64,000 nt of DNA from Laetmonice hystrix (taxonomy: Eukaryota), in contig OZ249440.1 of NCBI GenBank assembly GCA_965235115.1, positions 18,972,001 to 19,036,000 on the forward strand, given 5' to 3'. Shown in pieces: positions 10,374 through 64,000 of this stretch. Each line of letters begins with the position of its first letter. The first letter of the stretch is position 1. The notes under the pieces were generated by a model. That model saw only the letters and a list, made by a program, of their open reading frames with translations. It ran no database searches and was not told the DNA's origin. The position numbers and the translations under genes are program-made.

Positions 10374-12565
10374 GCAAAGAAAATCCCAACGCATCATTGC
10401 GGTGTCCATCAAGATTTAATTTCTTCAATTCAGATTGTTATTTCAAGACAAAAGCGTGTCCATTGATAGTTGTTTACTTGAGGTGAGCGACTCGAGAAGT
10501 AGACAAAATAATACGGACGGCTACACCTGGCAGGTAACTCAGGAACACCTGAGTACTTGAGGTCTGTCCAGGTATGCCAAGGGAACAGAATCTTGCCTGA
10601 TTTCGTTCAAGCTTTCAGATAATTCCGTTATTTACACATACCCATACATGGAGAAATCTCCAAGTTTCTACATACAAAAATACTGCGTATATACTGATAT
10701 CTCCTAAAACGAAACTGCATAGTTTTATTGCTCTATCAAAACAATTCCTCTTTTTTTTCTTCTTCTTTTTTTTCGCTCAGCAAACCAATACATCTGCATA
10801 CATTTATTGCTCTATCAGTTAAACTTTACATGCAACAATAATAAATTATTGCTTATAGTTCAACCATCTTGCTCGTTTGCTCATTATCCAAAATAAATAT
10901 GATCTATCCCTTCTGACTTATTCCGTTCGGTTCTAGATTTGTAGATTTTCATGCCTAATAAAGTTCCAGCTCAAACCCGTCCGGAACATATTGCCATTAT
11001 CCTATATACTAGTAGTATGCAGTGATGTCTATATTAAAGCTACGCCCTGACATATACCTTTGGTGCTCCATGACTTAGACCGAGCTCACGGCTCACTGCC
11101 GACTAGTTCATCATAGTACGGTCATCTCTTGACGACACAGACCTGACTTGCCTGGCTCAAGAAACAGCCAAGTTATAAGAAGTCACAAAACGCTAGACAA
11201 GTAACAAGAACCTAGAGCGAGGTACTTAGACTGACCTCACATTACGATTTACAGATTGATGCTGGAATCTAAATCTACTGTATTTATCGGTATCTATATC
11301 TACTAGACAAGTCTGCAGGTGGTATATTTCATTATCTGATCTTAGATCGGCTCAAGCGTTTTATACGCTGCATGCCGAAGGTTTAGAGTATCCTGAGAAT
11401 AAAGTCTGACAAAAGTGCACTTGCACAATAATATTAAAGATGGTTGTTAAAGGTACCGATACGCCCTAATTTATATATGATTAGACAAAAAAGATCACAT
11501 TCAGTTTCATGCAGGTAAAAGAGAATGTGGGCGGGGAAGTACATCACAGCAATTTCAGAACCTGCGAGTAGACAAGCGAGCAGCCGCCAGTCAGTTATAC
11601 TTACCCGGCCTAGATCGGCCGAGGGTTGCAGTTTATTTCTTCCCAAAAACGGGCTCTATAAAGTTCCATTTTATCAATAGCTTTACATTTCTAAGTCAAT
11701 GCAGTTGTAAAACCTTCTTTCCGCCAGGCTTCGTGTCCTGTCTCCACCTCATAGAAACACCTCTTTCACGTACGATATATAAATTTCTTTCTTCATTTCA
11801 ATATCGTTTTGTTTATGAAATACGGCTTACATTGTGACCCAGTACGTAACAGTCATGCATACATTAAACACTGTCACAAAAGATTGCGTTCAGATTAACT
11901 TTTACTTAGACATACAACACAACCTCGATATTATACTCACCTATACTCACAATCGCATAATTCTGCTTATAACAGGCTCTGCTGTAATGCTGTGTCCAAT
12001 TTGTTGTTTTCTCTTTCATCTGATTTGTCAACAAAATATTAAATCACAAATGTATATAGAAACATACAGACATTACATGAGGAGAGTATCTTGTTTAAAT
12101 ATATTTTGGGTTCATAATATCAGAAATTCATTCAATTCTCGAAACAAAACTGAAAATCACTCGTTAGTGCTAATTTAATAAGTACAGGTCCTGTTAATTT
12201 AGACGTTTCAATTTCTATTTAATCACTCAGTTACTAAGCTACTTGTCAATATCCTGAGAACCCGAGTTTATCACACCAATATCCAGAGAATACTAAATAC
12301 GTCTCAGAGAGTTATCCCTTCGGTTTCCTTATTGCTTCCTTAAGTCCACGTCGGCTTCCGGTCAGGGATATGATCATGATTCAAGATCTTGCCAAGTTTA
12401 TCTTTATGTTGGCCAGTGAATATGTTCCAGCACTACCAGACTGCTTGTTTACATTTTGTCCAGTTCTTCCCCTGATGATATTTGATTTATCCAGACCGTC
12501 GGACGTCGCCGCCTTTTGTCCTGACTACCGTAGCCGATCCGTGAGTCCACCCCTAGGGTCCATCT

Positions 12566-60325
<47,760 letters not shown>

Positions 60326-61705
60326 CTGAACAACACAAGACGGTTCGTCTAGAACATAACTTTATCACCATCATCTAGTTATAAATCTTTATCATTTTGT
60401 GCATCTCAGTAAAGGTTGATAAAAATTAAAATTGTAAGTCTAAAATACAGAAAATGTCTCAAGTAGTATATAAAATACACAATAGGGGGCAGCATATGTC
60501 TCTCATCTTCTGTTTCAATCAATATAGGCGTACACCTTCAAATCTCCATGCTGGCCATACTCAGAAGTTTTTGGAAATCATGTCAATAACATCAGGAGAG
60601 TCTTTCTAAAGACATGTATGTTCTTGGGAATCATTCGTGGCCAACTTAGGCCGATGGATACTAAATTGCTACGGCCCCATATATTTCAAATCATTTTTGT
60701 CGGGCAGGACATGCCCAAGCATATATGTAAAACCACGCTTCTCTCTCAATGTGACTTACAGATGTCCCCTGTTCCACTAATCTAAACCAGATCAGGACCT
60801 GCCCTGGTTTACTTTCCGCAGGCAAGGAGAACTTTTTTCCCCTCCCTGCCGGATTGTAGTTACAGGGTGCAGTATTTGCTGCGAGTGGTGCGTGCCTACG
60901 GCAGTGGGCCACACCCACCCACCCACCGGCGGAGCCTGGTGGTGGGCCACACCCACCCACCCACCGGCGGGGCCTGGTGGTTGCATACTGAATGGTCCTC
61001 ACACCCACGACATCCGAGTACCACGTCACAGAATATAGAGCGATCGCCCGTAAAAATGTCCGCACTTGTCTTGTAGTGTCAACAAGACTTTGTCACCTCT
61101 ACAAAAATAAACATTCCTTCCTTGAACTTGCAGAATATATATAGCAGTGGTGAATATATAAGTCCACCTACAACTGTTTCGCAATAAACTAGTGACGCCC
61201 CCCCCCCCCCAAGCCCAAGGACTTTTCATGGTTGCCCACGACGTACCCAGACATGACCTTAAACCTTAGTTCCGACCCCTTGCTGACCTCAATCGACGTT
61301 TTCCACCTCAGCCCTGACCTCAAACCGGGCTGGTCTCTGACCTCATATAACGACCTCAAGTGCTCTATCTATTACTCCAGACCTTCATCCCAATGAGGAC
61401 CGTATAGTCTTTGACCTTGTCTTGACCAGAACGGGGCTTTATAGAGCATCATAATGACCCAGTATTGACCCAAAATAGGGCGGTATTATTCCATATAATA
61501 ACGACCTGGCGCAGAATTTACCTTTTTTGTCCTTCCTGACAATATGCTAGCTGGCACCGCCACCGGCACCACACAGACCACAACCGGAACCGCAGCACCG
61601 CTTTGGGTCCACTACAATAATACCCCGGGCCACAACCTATCAACCCAAGACAGGAACTTACGTTTTCCTGGGTTACATCGATAACGGGAGATTTGCCGGT
61701 GTCTA

Positions 61706-62690
61706 CTCTATACTCTGGATTGGTTTGCCTCTCTGTACTGTACTCTGGGTTGGTTTGCCTCTCTGTACTGTACTCTGGGTTGGTTTACCTCTCTGTACTG
61801 TACTCTGGATTGGTTTGCCTCTCTGTACTGTACTCTGGGTTGGTTTACCTCTCTGTACTGTACTCTGGATTGGTTTGCCTCTCTGTACTGTACTCTGGGT
61901 TGGTTTGCCTCTCTGTACTGTACTCTGGATTGGTTTGCCTCTCTGTACTGTACTCTGGGTTGGTTTGCCTCTCTGTACTGTACTCTGGGTTGGTTTACCT
62001 CTCTGTACTGTACTCTGGATTGGTTTGCCTCTCTGTACTGTACTCTGGGTTGGTTTGCCTCTCTGTACTGTACTCTGGGTTGGTTTGCCTCTCTGTACTG
62101 TACTCTGGATTGGTTTACCTCTCTGTACTGTACTCTGGATTGGTTTGCCTCTCTGTACTGTACTCTGGGTTGGTTTGCCTCTCTGTACTGTACTCTGGGT
62201 TGGTTTACCTCTCTGTACTGTACTCTGGATTGGTTTGCCTCTCTGTACTGTACTCTGGGTTGGTTTGCCTCTCTGTACTGTACTCTGGATTGGTTTGCCT
62301 CTCTGTACTGTACTCTGGATTGGTTTGCCTCTCTGTACTGTACTCTGGGTTGGTTTACCTCTCTGTACTGTACTCTGGGTTGGTTTACCTCTCTGTACTG
62401 TACTCTGGATTGGTTTACCTCTCTGTACTGTACTCTGGATTGGTTTACCTCTCTGTACTGTACTCTGGATTGGTTTACCTCTCTGTACTGTACTCTGGAT
62501 TGGTTTACCTCTCTGTACTGTACTCTGGATTGGTTTACCTCTCTGTACTGTACTCTGGATTGGTTTACCTCTCTGTACTGTACTCTGGATTGGTTTACCT
62601 CTCTGTACTGTACTCTGGATTGGTTTACCTCTCTGTACTGTACTCTGGATTGGTTTGCCTCTCTGTACTGTACTCTGGATTGGTTTACCT
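61706..62690. repeat. 30-bp minisatellite, ~33 copies
   Basis: Unit CTCTGTACTGTACTCTGG(G/A)TTGGTTT(G/A)CCT; two variable positions. Confidence 0.97.
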
Positions 62691-64000
62691 GTGTCTGGTT
62701 TTCTATCTCATGAGTTCATTATTATTATTACAGCCTATTAAAGCCTAAAATGTGAGGTCTTTATCAAATACAAATGTACGCCATACATTGACCATACTGA
62801 CTGTATAGAGCGTATATTCTTTCCATGACAGTGGGTGTGTAAGGGGGAGAGTGACGATCTGTTAATTATAAGACCTTAAATTGATTGTTCCGCCCCCCCC
62901 CCCCCCGCCCCCATTATTTCTGTATTTCTGGCATCCCAAACGATGCCAACATACCACGACAGTTACCGGATACACACGGCGCACTGACCACAACCACAGC
63001 CGTGCCACATCTATCCCTTCCGTCATTCACACGGGGGACACGACGACAGGGCCACACACACGGATCAAACTAACCCCCTCACTGATTATAAATGTGTGGG
63101 CTGCTTTTTAACAAGTGATAAATAAATAAAACGTGCAAAGGCAAGCTTATACACCCGCACATCCACACGTTAATAAATGCACAACATCAGCACTTCAACA
63201 ACTTCAGTCTACGCTTTCTCTACATGTCATCAGTAGAATCCATGTACCCTTGTCATAATACCAACAGGGCTACACTGCACGTGTAAGCTAAAAAACCTTC
63301 ACAAACCATAGCCACAACCACTTCCTTGTCACAGGTTGAATGTATAAAACCTATGGCTTTATGATCATACTGAGATCTAATTCTACATACTGGCCATTAC
63401 CCAATGAATCACACAACCGTACATAGGACACATACCATTGCACACCCACAGAACACGCACCCGCATGCCGGGCCCAGCCTCCGACCTGGCCGTCTGTACC
63501 ATGTTGTTACCATCTCTCCGCCATTCTCTCCATCTACCCCTCCCTCCCACCCACCCAGTCTCCCACAGGTCGTCACAGACGTGCTAACATGCACCAATGA
63601 CTATGTAATTGGCAATATATCATATATCACATCATTATAATAGAGCTGTACTGCTATAGCTTTTTTACTCCATTGTCAGCATTTTATACTATATTAACAT
63701 GCTTGACTACATTAACATGCTTGCCTAATGGTGAAAGAAAGTAGATTTCAGTAGTTCTAATAGGGTAGGAAAGCTAGTATACAACTAAGTTGAGTACGCC
63801 TACTGTTCTCCATTCCTAAATATAAATTTACCTTATATACAGTCATAGTATTTGTCTTTGATGGAAAGGCCAACAAGTTTTTTCTGTTACAAAACGAAAT
63901 TTGACGCTTCGATATAAATCAAGACATTACACAATATCCAACCAAACATTATTTCCAATCAAATCCTTGGTTTGCACTGATTTTTCTCTTTGGTCTTCTT

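Noticed and set aside
11597-11608. U1 snRNA-like start ATACTTACCCGG
   Set aside because: Similarity ends after 12 nt; no Sm site or U1 stem-loops
61693-62748. 351-aa and 338-aa ORFs
   Set aside because: They are translations of a stop-free 30-bp satellite, antisense within a ferlin intron, with non-ATG or context-free starts
60326-64000. Remaining 5' C2A exons of the ferlin
   Set aside because: No phase-2-ending exon with C2A-like sequence found (the GTAAGT donor near 61670 gives none); they probably lie beyond the window

Overview
Eukaryotic genomic DNA from an animal, probably a marine invertebrate (species cannot be determined from the sequence). I assembled three protein-coding genes by hand from GT-AG splice sites, with reading phase consistent across every junction. 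(1) A + strand FRRS1-like ferric-chelate reductase (Reeler-DOMON-cytochrome b561), 13 exons from 99 to 6925, 5' exon upstream of the window. (2) A + strand two-exon gene (ATG 7842, stop 10051) for an uncharacterised ~599-aa secreted protein with a TATA box and polyA signals. (3) A - strand type I ferlin (myoferlin/dysferlin-like: C2A end, C2B, FerI, C2C, FerA, FerB, DysF, C2D-F, TM), 41 exons plus a last exon, ~1995 codons from 60325 down to 14625/12566, first C2A exons beyond the right edge. The ferlin locus shows unannotated-looking isoform machinery: two paralogous last exons that swap the luminal tail, an intronic exon ending in DFQ that could replace the C2A-C2B linker or start a C2A-less isoform, another candidate alternative first exon, and candidate cassette and micro-exons. 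Introns hold several minisatellites (one amplifies a splice donor 15-fold, one duplicates an acceptor), MITEs with four different TSD types, and strongly over-represented TA-flanked palindromes (TAGGCCTA, TACATGTA). No rRNA, tRNA or CRISPR array is supported.
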